From positions 1 to 35,160 of IMG/VR virus record IMGVR_UViG_3300024232_000044: a stretch of DNA of 35,160 nt. One strand, given 5' to 3'. Position 1 is the first letter of the stretch. Each line of letters starts with the position of its first letter. Shown here piece after piece: positions 7,465 through 17,149 of the stretch. This DNA comes from a virus. Lineage: Duplodnaviria > Caudoviricetes. A model generated the notes under the pieces. The model saw only the letters and a program-made list of their open reading frames with translations. It was not told the DNA's origin and searched no databases. Position numbers and translations under genes: made by a program.

Positions 7465-8307
7465 ATGCGATACGTATACGCCCTCGGGCTCGCCCTGTTA
7501 ACGTTTCTCGTCCCATGCCACACCGGAGAAATTCTGTGTGAACGGCAAGGCCCTCCCGCGACCGAGCGCGATCGCGTCGTCGAACACGTCCAGGCCGTGT
7601 CTGTAACGGTCCTGACCAGCACCTCCGCGGGAAGCGGCACGCTAATCACCTGCACGAACCAAGCCGGCGAGCCCGTGACGTATTGCCTGACGGCCGGCCA
7701 CGTTGTCGAAACCGAAAAGCCCGCTGATCCCAGCGAGCACCGCGCGGCGTCTATCGTGAACCCGCTGCCGCTGCCGTGGCCTTTGTCCGCGCCCGAGTCG
7801 AATACCGTCGCCGCAGTCAAAGTGATGGTGACGATTACGGCCGGCGATCTGATCGTCGGGAAGACGCTCATTGACGCGGATGTGATCCGTTTCTCTGCCG
7901 CCGAGGTCGACGACATCGCGATCTTGCGGCTGCGCAAAAGCCTGAATCATCCCGCCCCGACTTTCTGGCTGGCGCCCAGAGCTCCGAAGATCGGCGCGCC
8001 GCTCGTTCACGTCGGTTCGATGATGGGGCCTTTTGGGGCGGGTAGCTTCACCACAGGCGTTCTCTCCAGGACCGGCCGTGTGATGTTCGGGGTTGAGTTC
8101 GATCAGACGACCTGCACCGCGCTGCCCGGCTCTTCGGGCGGGGGCGTGTTCACTGACGACGGCGTCTATGTGGGCATGCTTGTGCGCGGGGCCGCCGCGA
8201 CCGTCAACTTCATCGTGCCGGCCCGTCGCCTGATAGCCTGGGCGAGTCGCGAGGGTGTGGCTTTCCTGTTCGATCCTTCCGCCCCTGCTCCTGCTGTCCT
8301 TCCGTGA
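7465..8307 (+). CDS. trypsin-like serine protease with signal peptide
   Basis: Catalytic motifs LTAGHVV, DDIAIL, PGSSGGGV; hydrophobic N-terminus. Confidence 0.85.
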   Translation: MRYVYALGLALLTFLVPCHTGEILCERQGPPATERDRVVEHVQAVSVTVLTSTSAGSGTLITCTNQAGEPVTYCLTAGHVVETEKPADPSEHRAASIVNPLPLPWPLSAPESNTVAAVKVMVTITAGDLIVGKTLIDADVIRFSAAEVDDIAILRLRKSLNHPAPTFWLAPRAPKIGAPLVHVGSMMGPFGAGSFTTGVLSRTGRVMFGVEFDQTTCTALPGSSGGGVFTDDGVYVGMLVRGAAATVNFIVPARRLIAWASREGVAFLFDPSAPAPAVLP

Positions 8308-9023
8308 AGCCTTCGCAGCCTCCTCCAGGGTTTTGTCGTGTCAAGTGGGACACCTCACCCTACGTCGAGATCGTTGATCAGAACTGCTACCGGCTCCCCG
8401 ACAAGGCCGAGCCCGGTCAGGTAGTCGTCGACATCGGCGCGCATATCGGGTGCTTTACCTGTGAGGCCCTGGATCGCGGCTTCGATCGCGTGTTCGCGTT
8501 TGAGGCCGACCCTCGGAACTTCTCCCAGCTGTGCCGGAACGTTACGCGGCACCGAGACTATGCCCGCGTTGAAGTGCAATGGGGCGCCGTATGGCGGTCG
8601 GATCGGCCGCTTCAAGATCTTCGCATGGCGCACCAGTTCGACCTGAGCGATCCGGACGCGGTTACCAGCGTCGGCTCGGTGGCGTTCAACTACGGCTCGG
8701 GCGACTTCGTGCCGGCGCATTCTCTCCGCTCGATCTTACAACGCCTCGACCAGCTCGGGATCAAAAAGATCGATTTCCTGAAGTCCGACTGCGAGGGCTC
8801 CGAGTATCCGATTCTCTACAGCGCTCCTGACCTCCTAGACCGCGTCGACAAGCTGGCCGTCGAGGTGCATGTCGCGGGTTTTTCCTGGAACTCCGCCGCA
8901 ATGGTCGAAGGCCACGAGAACACGGCCGAGGGCATGGAGAAGTTTCTGCGCGGCCTCGGGTTTCAGGTTGAAGTGACGCCTGGGGACAACCCGCGCGTCG
9001 CATACGTTTTTGCGAACCGATGA
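8304..9023 (+). CDS. FkbM-family SAM-dependent methyltransferase
   Basis: VVDIGAHIG, VFAFEAD, IDFLKSDCEGSEYPIL, VEVH. Confidence 0.85.
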   Translation: MKPSQPPPGFCRVKWDTSPYVEIVDQNCYRLPDKAEPGQVVVDIGAHIGCFTCEALDRGFDRVFAFEADPRNFSQLCRNVTRHRDYARVEVQWGAVWRSDRPLQDLRMAHQFDLSDPDAVTSVGSVAFNYGSGDFVPAHSLRSILQRLDQLGIKKIDFLKSDCEGSEYPILYSAPDLLDRVDKLAVEVHVAGFSWNSAAMVEGHENTAEGMEKFLRGLGFQVEVTPGDNPRVAYVFANR

Positions 9024-9166
9024 CCTCTCAAGAAAAACGAGTGCGTGAACTACGCGACGCCATTTACGGCCGAGCCTCTGACGAGGCCTGGGAGGCCGTC
9101 AAGGACAACTGGATGACACCCGAGAATGTCGACTGGCTGCGGAGCCAGCCGCAAAACCGGAACTGA
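9020..9166 (+). CDS. 48 aa hypothetical protein (not in ORF track)
   Basis: ATGA-coupled; MTSQEKRVRELRDAIYG... Confidence 0.45.
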   Translation: MTSQEKRVRELRDAIYGRASDEAWEAVKDNWMTPENVDWLRSQPQNRN

Positions 9167-9181
9167 ACCGAGTAAAAAACT

Positions 9182-9916
9182 ATGTTTGGCAAGCGGCCCC
9201 ATTCTGCCCGCACGACCTTCTACATGCCGCATATCGCGGTAGGTGGCGGCCCGCCAGGGCCTGCCCGAACAGGGCTCTTTATCTGGTATAAAGCGGATGC
9301 GCTGACCGGCTACAGCCACGGAGATCCGGTCAGCCAATGGCCCGACTCCTCGGGGAACGGGCGTCACGCGACATCTTCGGGACTTGAGTGCCCTCTGTAC
9401 CACACAAACCAGATTGACGGTAAGCCGGCGCTGAGCTTCCCCATGTTCACAGGGAACAACGAACAGTTTCACATTCCGGATGTCCTTACCCCGTTGACGG
9501 CTGCTGAAGCTTTCGTTGTGGTCAAAGTCATAAGCGACCCGCCGCTTAGCAGCAACAACGTCTGGAAAATGGGTGCTGCTGCGGAGTTCGACCATTACCC
9601 ATTTAGCGACGGGGTCATTTATGAAGGTTGGGGCTCGACCGTGCGCAAAACGACGGTGAACCCGACGCCCTCGCTCGCGGCCTGGCGCCTGTATAACGTG
9701 GCTTCGGAGGCCAACAACTACACACTCCGACTCGACGGGGCACAGATTTTTAACACGCCCACGAACACCGTCGGCTGGTCGACAACCCCGATCCTTGGGT
9801 GGGCTCTCACTGGCTGGATCGCCGAGTTCATAATGTACGACCGGACGACTTCTGCCGCTGATCGAACAGCGCTGCACGCGTACCTGAAGGCGAAATATCC
9901 TTCGCTGAGTTTATGA
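9182..9916 (+). CDS. ConA/LamG-like virion-associated protein
   Basis: WYKAD...VSQWPDSSGNGRHA, GWIAEFIMYDR, and YL..KY C-terminus. Confidence 0.7.
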   Translation: MFGKRPHSARTTFYMPHIAVGGGPPGPARTGLFIWYKADALTGYSHGDPVSQWPDSSGNGRHATSSGLECPLYHTNQIDGKPALSFPMFTGNNEQFHIPDVLTPLTAAEAFVVVKVISDPPLSSNNVWKMGAAAEFDHYPFSDGVIYEGWGSTVRKTTVNPTPSLAAWRLYNVASEANNYTLRLDGAQIFNTPTNTVGWSTTPILGWALTGWIAEFIMYDRTTSAADRTALHAYLKAKYPSLSL

Positions 9917-11538
9917 GCCCCCCCTCTCGTCCGATGCCGCCCGAATCCGATGCAGACTTGACGGCATTGCCGTCGGAGATCCTCTCTGCTGAGGAACGAC
10001 GCCGGCTAACCGCGACTCCCGCCTCCTCGCTCGCGGACTTCTATAAGCCCAGCAAGTCGATTTCGGAATTCCACGCCTCCCGCGCGCGTATCCGCGTCCT
10101 GGTCGGCGCCCGCGGCACCGGAAAGACGACCGCGATTGCTGTCGAGGCGATCGGACAATGCACGCACGTCCCAGGGGCGAAGGTCTATGTTCTCCGAAAA
10201 ACCCAAGAGTCAAACGAGAACACGACGCAAGAGACGTTCGACGAGGTTTTCGACAAGTGCGGGTATACTGACACCGGGCTCTCACTCTTCAAAAAGATCG
10301 AGGGCGGGAAGTACTACCGCATTCCCTCCGCCGAAGCCCTCCGCCTCTTCAACATCTTCCTCGCCAAGAAGCCCAACAAAACACAGATCCTCCAGTGGCT
10401 CGAGACCATCGGGAACCGGTTCTGCGGACACATCCACTTTGCCGGCGTGCCTGATGCTTCGAAACGCGACAGCCGTTTCCGCGGCTACGAGTGCTCGATG
10501 TTGATCTTCGTTGAGGCCGACCAGCTGGGCGAAGATGACTTTCAGATGGCGCAGCTGTGCCTCCGCTGGAAAGACGCGTACGGAAAGCAGATCGACGATT
10601 ACTCCTGCATCCTGGACACAAACCCTCCGGGAACGAAGCACTGGATCGCGAAGTTCGAGGCCGACAGCAAAACGCGGTCAGATGTTCGAATCTGGCATCT
10701 GCACATTGACGAGAACGCTCACAATCTGCCGAACGGGTACGTAGAGGCGGCGAAGCAGGTTTATGCGAAGCGGCCCGCGATGTACAAGCGGATGATTGAG
10801 GGCCAATACGCCGACGCGTTCGAGGGTGAGCCGGTGTTGTGGGCCTTCTCTGAAGAACACGCATACGATGACTTGCCCTGGCCGCGCGGCGCTTATCTGG
10901 TCCGAGGCTGGGACTTCGGCACAACACACTCGGTGATTTTTTCTGCGTACTGGTCAGAAGGGCCGGACGAATACTGGTGGGATTTGTGGGAGCACTACGC
11001 CGAGATGTCGGATGTAGAGCGCCAGTGTCGCGCGGTGACGGAGATCACGAAAGAGGTCTTCCCGTTTTTCAATGACCGGTCCGTATGCGCGGGCGTGTTC
11101 GACGCGTGCGATCCCGCAGGCGCCCAGAAGACGGACAAGGGCACCTCGATCGCTGTCTTGAACACTAATAACATTTATCCGCGGTATTCGACGAAGTACC
11201 GGAGCCTGCCTTTGACGCTCACTGCCTACAACAGGCTCCTGGAGAAACGGGACCGATTCGGCCGGCTGGTTTATCGCGTCGACCGAAAGTGCTGCGAACG
11301 GCTTTACCTCGCCTCGGCCGGGGGTTACCGCTATCCGGTGGAGGGCGAGCCCGGCTTCAAGTCTGGCGAACCCGGCAAAGGTCCGGGCTTCGGCAATTTT
11401 GATCACCTCGCTGACGCGTCTCGGTACGGCAAGGTGAATTTTCTCCGGCTAATCAAGGTCGTGATGGAAGAGGCTCAAAAGCCTGTTGGCAAGTTGGCCG
11501 CGAAAACATCACTCAACCCGGCTAGAAGCTGGCGGTAA
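9913..11538 (+). CDS. terL: terminase large subunit
   Basis: Walker A GARGTGKT, Walker B LIFVEAD, DTNP, nuclease motifs GWDFG, DPAG, DHLADASRY. Confidence 0.9.
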   Translation: MSPPSRPMPPESDADLTALPSEILSAEERRRLTATPASSLADFYKPSKSISEFHASRARIRVLVGARGTGKTTAIAVEAIGQCTHVPGAKVYVLRKTQESNENTTQETFDEVFDKCGYTDTGLSLFKKIEGGKYYRIPSAEALRLFNIFLAKKPNKTQILQWLETIGNRFCGHIHFAGVPDASKRDSRFRGYECSMLIFVEADQLGEDDFQMAQLCLRWKDAYGKQIDDYSCILDTNPPGTKHWIAKFEADSKTRSDVRIWHLHIDENAHNLPNGYVEAAKQVYAKRPAMYKRMIEGQYADAFEGEPVLWAFSEEHAYDDLPWPRGAYLVRGWDFGTTHSVIFSAYWSEGPDEYWWDLWEHYAEMSDVERQCRAVTEITKEVFPFFNDRSVCAGVFDACDPAGAQKTDKGTSIAVLNTNNIYPRYSTKYRSLPLTLTAYNRLLEKRDRFGRLVYRVDRKCCERLYLASAGGYRYPVEGEPGFKSGEPGKGPGFGNFDHLADASRYGKVNFLRLIKVVMEEAQKPVGKLAAKTSLNPARSWR

Positions 11539-11540
11539 TC

Positions 11541-11551
11541 TGTGGTATATT
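11541..11551 (+). promoter_or_regulatory. extended -10 promoter
   Basis: TGTGGTATATT, same motif as at 3770 and 5269. Confidence 0.55.
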
Positions 11552-11588
11552 AGGCGGGGACTGTCCCCCTTCTGGAGGTTTTCTTTTT

Positions 11589-12011
11589 ATGATCGATTCT
11601 ATGCCCGCGCCCACGTCCGACGAAGCGAAGCCCGCTCAACCGCCGCCTTCTGTTTACCTGAACGGGAAGGACCTGGAGAAGTTCGGCCTACACGACTGCG
11701 TGCCTGGCGAGTCCTATACCGCCAAGATTCACTTCACTGTTACCGGCATGGATGCGCCGTCTTCTGGCGAAACCAGCAAGCGGATCGAGATCGACGATAT
11801 GTCCGACGTGTCGTCTGAAGGCGTCCCTGGTGAAGCCACGCCGATCGACGATACAGCGAACGAGCCAGCCGACGAGGCTGCCGCGGAGACCCCGGCCGAC
11901 GAAACGCCGGCTGAGAGCGACGAGGAAATTGCCGGCGTGCCGTATATCCGGCGCAAAGCCAAAAAGCCCTCCGCGTTCCCGGTCGACTTCAAGAAACTCC
12001 AAAAGATCTAA
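11589..12011 (+). CDS. acidic hypothetical protein
   Basis: 140 aa, TTTATG start, between terminase and portal. Confidence 0.7.
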   Translation: MIDSMPAPTSDEAKPAQPPPSVYLNGKDLEKFGLHDCVPGESYTAKIHFTVTGMDAPSSGETSKRIEIDDMSDVSSEGVPGEATPIDDTANEPADEAAAETPADETPAESDEEIAGVPYIRRKAKKPSAFPVDFKKLQKI

Positions 12012-12015
12012 GCTC

Positions 12016-12291
12016 ATGCTCCCTAACCTTTTCGCAAGCCCGTCGATGCCGAATGCCGTACCAGGAACCCCGCCGCCGTCTTCGACCGGCCAAGTCACGG
12101 CTCCCGCTCCGATGTCTTCTCCCCTCGCCGGCCCGATGATGCCGGGACCTCTCGCGCCTCCGATGCCCGAGTACATGGTCGATACGCAGGAAGACGGAAC
12201 GCTGTTGATCCGGCTCAAGAACCCAGACGGCACGCCCGGCGTTGTGGTTAAGCACCTGCCTCCGATCAAGCAAGCTGGCGCGCCCCGATAA
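12016..12291 (+). CDS. Pro-rich hypothetical protein
   Basis: ATG at 12016; C-terminal YMVDTQEDGTLLIRLKNPDG. Confidence 0.6.
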   Translation: MLPNLFASPSMPNAVPGTPPPSSTGQVTAPAPMSSPLAGPMMPGPLAPPMPEYMVDTQEDGTLLIRLKNPDGTPGVVVKHLPPIKQAGAPR

Positions 12292-12294
12292 TTT

Positions 12295-14388
12295 GTGGAT
12301 CGCTTCCTGGCAAGGCGGCTCGAAAAGGACGAGGACTTCCGAAAGAAAGTCTCGAAGCTCGTCACTAATTACCTATCTTTAGGTCAGCAGTCCGTCACTT
12401 ACTACATGGAGGAGTTTGACCAAGCACACGATCTCCTCATGTGCTACGCGCCGCTCTCGAAGAAGGACCTCGAGCAGCTCGAACGCGGGCACCCGAAGCG
12501 TTTTATTCTCCCCCTATCCGCGACGCAGATAACGACAATGACGACGTTCATTGCGCAGATGCTGTTCGGAGACACCCAGCCTTGGAAAGTGGAAGGCCGC
12601 GGCCCTGAAGACGAACCCAGCGCCGAACACGTTAACCAGCTTCTGCGCTGGAATGCCGAACAGCAGCCGTCGTACTTGCTCGGCTATTTGTGGATCCAGG
12701 ACATCCTCACGTACAACCGCGGGATTCGATACAACTCCTGGCAGCCGATCTACGAAACGGTTGTCGAGACTGTTGAAATCGAAGATCCGGACGATCTGGA
12801 CGAAGCCGGGAACCCTCGGAAATACACACGGCCCGCGAAAAAACGCGTCCCGGTTGCCGCATACAACCACATCCACCTCGTCAGTCCGTACGAATTCGTG
12901 TGCGATCCGACGATCCCTCTCTGGCGCTTTCAGCAAGGCCGCTTCGCCGGACACCGTACGCTTATTCCGTGGGTAGAACTCGAGAAACGATCGCATCTGC
13001 CGCCTGATGACCCGGCATACGTGCTACCGAGCGCAGTCGCCCACCTGAAGAAAAAGAAACGGACCGATGCCGGCAACGTCGGTATGGGGACGGTTGTCGC
13101 TGGCGGCGGGGCGTCTGCGCGTGTCAGTTCAACGATTTCGCGGACAGCTTTTGAACGCAACCGCACAAACTCGAATCCGACGACTACGGCCGACAAAAAC
13201 GATCCCGGCGTCATCGAATGCCACGAACTATACATTCGGCTGATCCCATCGGATAACGAGCTGTACGAAGGCGGGGAGCAGGTAATTTTTCAGGCGCTGG
13301 TGGGCAATCAGGATACCGTCCTCGCGATCAACGAGTCCCCGAACCAGCACGATCAGTTCCCATACTCCGCTGCTGAGGGCCGGCCGTCGGCGTACTACCA
13401 ATTTTCGCCGAGCTGGCTGATCATGCTCAAGCCGATCCAGGACTATATCGACTATTTGAAGAACCGTCGGCAGCAATCGATCGCTCGCACCTCCGGAAAC
13501 ATGTTCATTGTGCGATCGGACAAGGTGAATACCCAGGATTTCACGGATCCGGACAAGGACGGGCTTTTGATTCCGATTCTACCCGAAGCCGAGGGAACGC
13601 GCCTGGACGACATCATCAAGCAGGTTCCGGTAACGGACTTGACCCAGCAGTTCCGGCAAGAGATTCAGGACTTCTCTCAGTTCTCCGAAATGGTGACTGG
13701 CGTCAATGCCCCTATGCAAGGCGCCGTGACTGAAGATACGACTGCGACGCAGTTCGTCGGTACACAGCAGATGTCGGCCGGCCGGCTGTCTTCGGTCGCG
13801 CGGCTGATCAGCGTGCAGGGGCTGGTCCCCGAGACGCGGCAGATCGTGTCGAATTTCCAGCAGTTCCTTTCTGCGCCCATGTCCCTTCGCTTTGTGCCGA
13901 ACGGATTCGACGGCGCTCTGACGCTCAACGGGAATCGCGCGCTCGACGTTTCAAGAGACACGATTCAGGGCCAGTTTGACTTTGTCGCGCACGACGGCAG
14001 CCTTCCCGGCACCGATTCTCGGAAGGTCGCGGCGATTTCGCGGCTTCTTGAATTGGTCCCGGTCGTGCCGCAGTACTTCCAGCCCGCCCCGGGGAATATC
14101 GACGCTCGAGCGCTTATCCTGGCCGGCGCTAAAGCGGCCGGGTTGCAGATCGAGAACTTCCAATTTACCCAGGACTCCGCTGCCGACGAAGCGGCTGCTA
14201 CCGCCCCGCCTGCCGGCCCTGAGGGCGCGCCTCCGCCGCCCCAGGAGTCTGCCCCGCCTTCTGGGGCTCTGCCTGACCTCATTGGGACGCCCCCGGCCAA
14301 CCAAGGCCCCGGCCGTCCGCCGATCCCGACAATGACGGAGCTCCCGTCCGCGTCGCCGGTCCAAGTCCGCCCGCAAAACGCCTATTGA
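12295..14388 (+). CDS. portal protein
   Basis: 697 aa after TerL; VSPYEFVCDP, DQFPY, MVTGVNAPMQG..TATQ motifs; Pro-rich tail. Confidence 0.85.
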   Translation: MDRFLARRLEKDEDFRKKVSKLVTNYLSLGQQSVTYYMEEFDQAHDLLMCYAPLSKKDLEQLERGHPKRFILPLSATQITTMTTFIAQMLFGDTQPWKVEGRGPEDEPSAEHVNQLLRWNAEQQPSYLLGYLWIQDILTYNRGIRYNSWQPIYETVVETVEIEDPDDLDEAGNPRKYTRPAKKRVPVAAYNHIHLVSPYEFVCDPTIPLWRFQQGRFAGHRTLIPWVELEKRSHLPPDDPAYVLPSAVAHLKKKKRTDAGNVGMGTVVAGGGASARVSSTISRTAFERNRTNSNPTTTADKNDPGVIECHELYIRLIPSDNELYEGGEQVIFQALVGNQDTVLAINESPNQHDQFPYSAAEGRPSAYYQFSPSWLIMLKPIQDYIDYLKNRRQQSIARTSGNMFIVRSDKVNTQDFTDPDKDGLLIPILPEAEGTRLDDIIKQVPVTDLTQQFRQEIQDFSQFSEMVTGVNAPMQGAVTEDTTATQFVGTQQMSAGRLSSVARLISVQGLVPETRQIVSNFQQFLSAPMSLRFVPNGFDGALTLNGNRALDVSRDTIQGQFDFVAHDGSLPGTDSRKVAAISRLLELVPVVPQYFQPAPGNIDARALILAGAKAAGLQIENFQFTQDSAADEAAATAPPAGPEGAPPPPQESAPPSGALPDLIGTPPANQGPGRPPIPTMTELPSASPVQVRPQNAY

Positions 14389-14393
14389 CGCTC

Positions 14394-14409
14394 TGGCACG
14401 ACGTTTGCT
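14394..14409 (+). promoter_or_regulatory. sigma-54 promoter (consensus)
   Basis: TGGCACG-ACGT-TTGCT in the gap between portal and the next gene. Confidence 0.75.
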
Positions 14410-14422
14410 CTTGTCTGACGCC

Positions 14423-14650
14423 GTGGCACCAGATCTAATTCCAGTTGATCCCGAATCCGAACGGCGCGTGATGGGCACGCTTCCCGATTCTCCATTCCGG
14501 GCTGTCCTTAACAACCGGCTCGTTCACGACATCGAGGCCGACCGGGACAAATTGGAACATTGCGCCGCCGAAGATTTGCCCAGGCTTCAAGCCGAAATTC
14601 TCGTTCGAAGACAACTGATCGGGTTTCTTGCCCGTAAAGATAAACGCTGA
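14423..14650 (+). CDS. small head-associated protein
   Basis: GTG at 14423; typical position after the portal; RLQAEI helix. Confidence 0.65.
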   Translation: MAPDLIPVDPESERRVMGTLPDSPFRAVLNNRLVHDIEADRDKLEHCAAEDLPRLQAEILVRRQLIGFLARKDKR

Positions 14651-14652
14651 TT

Positions 14653-15918
14653 ATGGCCCTACCAACCACACCGACCGCCCCCAAGCCCGCAACTCCTAGT
14701 CCGGCCCCCGCCGCCAAACCGGCAGCTCAGGCGCCGAAGCCCGCAACACCCGCGCCAGCCCCTGCGGCCAAGCCCGCCACTCCCGCCGCGCCACGGAATG
14801 ACCAGGGCCAGTTCACTTCAGGCCCTCGCCAAAAGGCAACACCGATGAACGCGCGCAAAGCGCTCGGTCTGGCAGAGGATCCCTCAAAGGCTGTCGCGAA
14901 GATTGTCGAAAGTGCCCGGAAGAACCTCAAGTCCACTCAGTCATACCATAACGCGCCAGGCAGCGAACCTGCCCCAAGCGTTGATCCGATCACCCCCGCG
15001 CCCGTAGCTGCTGCCCAGCCGGCTGCACCCGCGGCCCCGGAAGTCACGGCTCCTGCGGCGCCGGCTCCGGCCGCACCTGAGACCACCCCCGCGGCTACGT
15101 CTCCCGCAAAGGTGAAGATCGGGGACAAAGAGTACTCCCCCGAGGAGATCGCGGCCCGAATAGCTGAATTGGAAAAGGCCGCCTTGTCCACAATGCCGCA
15201 GGCCCCGACTCCCGCGGCGCCAGCTGCCCCGGCCGCCGAGGCTCCGAAGCCGAAAACACCGGAAGAAATCAAAGCCGCCGAAGACAAGTGGATCTCTGAA
15301 GCGGCCAGCCAGTTTCAGATCCCTGTCACCGAAGCGGAACTCGATACCATCCTGGCTGGAGGCAAGGACGCGGTGAAGGCGCTTGCGGCGATTCGCTCGC
15401 GCGACATCGCTACGGCCCTCTTGGCTGCCCGAAAGGATATTTCGGCCTTGATCGGGCCGCACCTGGAACAGTTGCAGAATCAGGTCGTGCCGCTGGTCGG
15501 ACATTACGAGCAGATCCAGCGCTACGCAGCAACGCAGGAGTTCGTGAAGGAGTATCCGGACTTCGCTCCGCATGTCGATCTGGCCGTCCAGGTCGCGGAA
15601 CAGCTGATCGACCGGTACCCCGAGCAGTTTTCTGCGCTGACGGACGCTCAGCGACGCGCGGAAGTCGCCCGGCAAACCGATTTGATCCTGTCGCAGAATT
15701 ACAAGCGATTCAATCCGGCCGCAACCGGCACTTGGCGTGATGCTGTGAAGGCCGCCGCCCCTGCTGCGCCGGCTCCTGCAGCCGCTGCCCCGCCTGCGCC
15801 CGCCGCGCCTCTGCCCCCGGCCGTCAAGCCGCTGGCCTCGAACCCGCCGTCTTCTCAGGGTGGCGCAGTATCACCTGATTTCCAATCATCCGCCGCCAAG
15901 GCCTTGCGTAAGTGGTAG
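14653..15918 (+). CDS. capsid scaffolding protein
   Basis: Pro/Ala-rich, RNDQGQF motif, KVKIGDKEYS, helical core; upstream of the capsid gene. Confidence 0.75.
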   Translation: MALPTTPTAPKPATPSPAPAAKPAAQAPKPATPAPAPAAKPATPAAPRNDQGQFTSGPRQKATPMNARKALGLAEDPSKAVAKIVESARKNLKSTQSYHNAPGSEPAPSVDPITPAPVAAAQPAAPAAPEVTAPAAPAPAAPETTPAATSPAKVKIGDKEYSPEEIAARIAELEKAALSTMPQAPTPAAPAAPAAEAPKPKTPEEIKAAEDKWISEAASQFQIPVTEAELDTILAGGKDAVKALAAIRSRDIATALLAARKDISALIGPHLEQLQNQVVPLVGHYEQIQRYAATQEFVKEYPDFAPHVDLAVQVAEQLIDRYPEQFSALTDAQRRAEVARQTDLILSQNYKRFNPAATGTWRDAVKAAAPAAPAPAAAAPPAPAAPLPPAVKPLASNPPSSQGGAVSPDFQSSAAKALRKW

Positions 15919-16400
15919 ACGTTTCCGCATTCCTCGACCAGCCGGATCCTCTCGCCGCGTTCGGGCACTGGTACTTGACGCGCGTCCGTGGAGATCTGGG
16001 GCTCGTGCCGCACCAGGCGATTGAGAAGATCGAGATCGGTACGGCGATCACGCTGTTTCGTTCTCCGCCGTTCCTGGTTCAGCTCCTTGCGTTCCACCCG
16101 GGCACGAAGATAAAACCACATGCCCATCCGCGAGTTGACACGATCGTCGTGTATCTCTGCGGCGATATGAGCCTGACAGTCGGCGGCAAGGAGCTGTTCC
16201 CGTTGGGCTCTACGCCTGTGCTTCCCGACGGCGGCTCACAACGGCGCGGCATACCTGTCCGGTTTCTGCCTGGAGTCGTTCACTCTGGAGAGATCGGCGA
16301 CACGGGCGGCGCCCTGCTGAGCATTCAGCGCTGGTTAGACGGAGAGCCGACGTCGGTACACCTCGACTGGCGGGGTGAAGACGGGAGCACCAAAGGATGA
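15912..16400 (+). CDS. cupin-fold protein
   Basis: IKPHAHPRVD...GVVHSG metal-binding pattern. Confidence 0.7.
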   Translation: MVDVSAFLDQPDPLAAFGHWYLTRVRGDLGLVPHQAIEKIEIGTAITLFRSPPFLVQLLAFHPGTKIKPHAHPRVDTIVVYLCGDMSLTVGGKELFPLGSTPVLPDGGSQRRGIPVRFLPGVVHSGEIGDTGGALLSIQRWLDGEPTSVHLDWRGEDGSTKG

Positions 16401-17149
16401 AGGTCTTCATTTCAGCCTATTGTCGAAAGCCTGAGCTGTGGCCGATGACTACGCTCGTCTTCAAGACGCTGCGTGTAGGATTTCCGACAGCGAAGGTCGA
16501 GGTAGCGCTTAACGGCGACCATACAAACGAGGCGATGGCCGACTTGCTGTGCTGGGTTGCGCATGTCGAGGGGCGTCTGACGCTGGCGCCTGATAAGTCA
16601 TACGGCGAGCGCATCGAGGAGCTGATCCTTACCGAAGCTCAGCCGTTTGTCATCGCCGACACTGACCTCGTGTTTTACGAGAACATGGAGACGGCTCCCT
16701 GGACGGGTCCGCTGCACGGTTGTCTTGTCCCCGAGTTCCGCTGTCCGTTCTCAAACGCCCGCACGGCTGAGCGGCTTCACACTCACCTTTTGTACATCGA
16801 CGCCCCTGCTATCCGGAAGCTGTTGGCCGCGTCGTACAAAGGCCCGCACCATCACCGGCTTGTGCCTCCGCTGCACCCTGTAATGCCGGCGCTGATTCCT
16901 GACAAGCACCGCGGTCCGGTCTTCTACGACATCTTAGCCCCGCTCTACCACATGATCGGCGGGCAAGCGTTCACGGACGAGATCCGGGATCGTTACTGTC
17001 ACGCGAACTGCGGTACGATCAGTGACCTCGTCGGCCCCGCTCTCGGTTTCGATCTCACAGCAGCGCACAAGACTATCGTTGAAATTCCATCTTTCGGCCG
17101 CGGCCTTTGGAGACGACAGGACGAATGGTACAAACAGCACGCAGTATGA
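16397..17149 (+). CDS. glycosyltransferase-like (GT-A) protein
   Basis: FVIADTDLVF DxD motif; RLHTHLLYID. Confidence 0.55.
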   Translation: MKVFISAYCRKPELWPMTTLVFKTLRVGFPTAKVEVALNGDHTNEAMADLLCWVAHVEGRLTLAPDKSYGERIEELILTEAQPFVIADTDLVFYENMETAPWTGPLHGCLVPEFRCPFSNARTAERLHTHLLYIDAPAIRKLLAASYKGPHHHRLVPPLHPVMPALIPDKHRGPVFYDILAPLYHMIGGQAFTDEIRDRYCHANCGTISDLVGPALGFDLTAAHKTIVEIPSFGRGLWRRQDEWYKQHAV

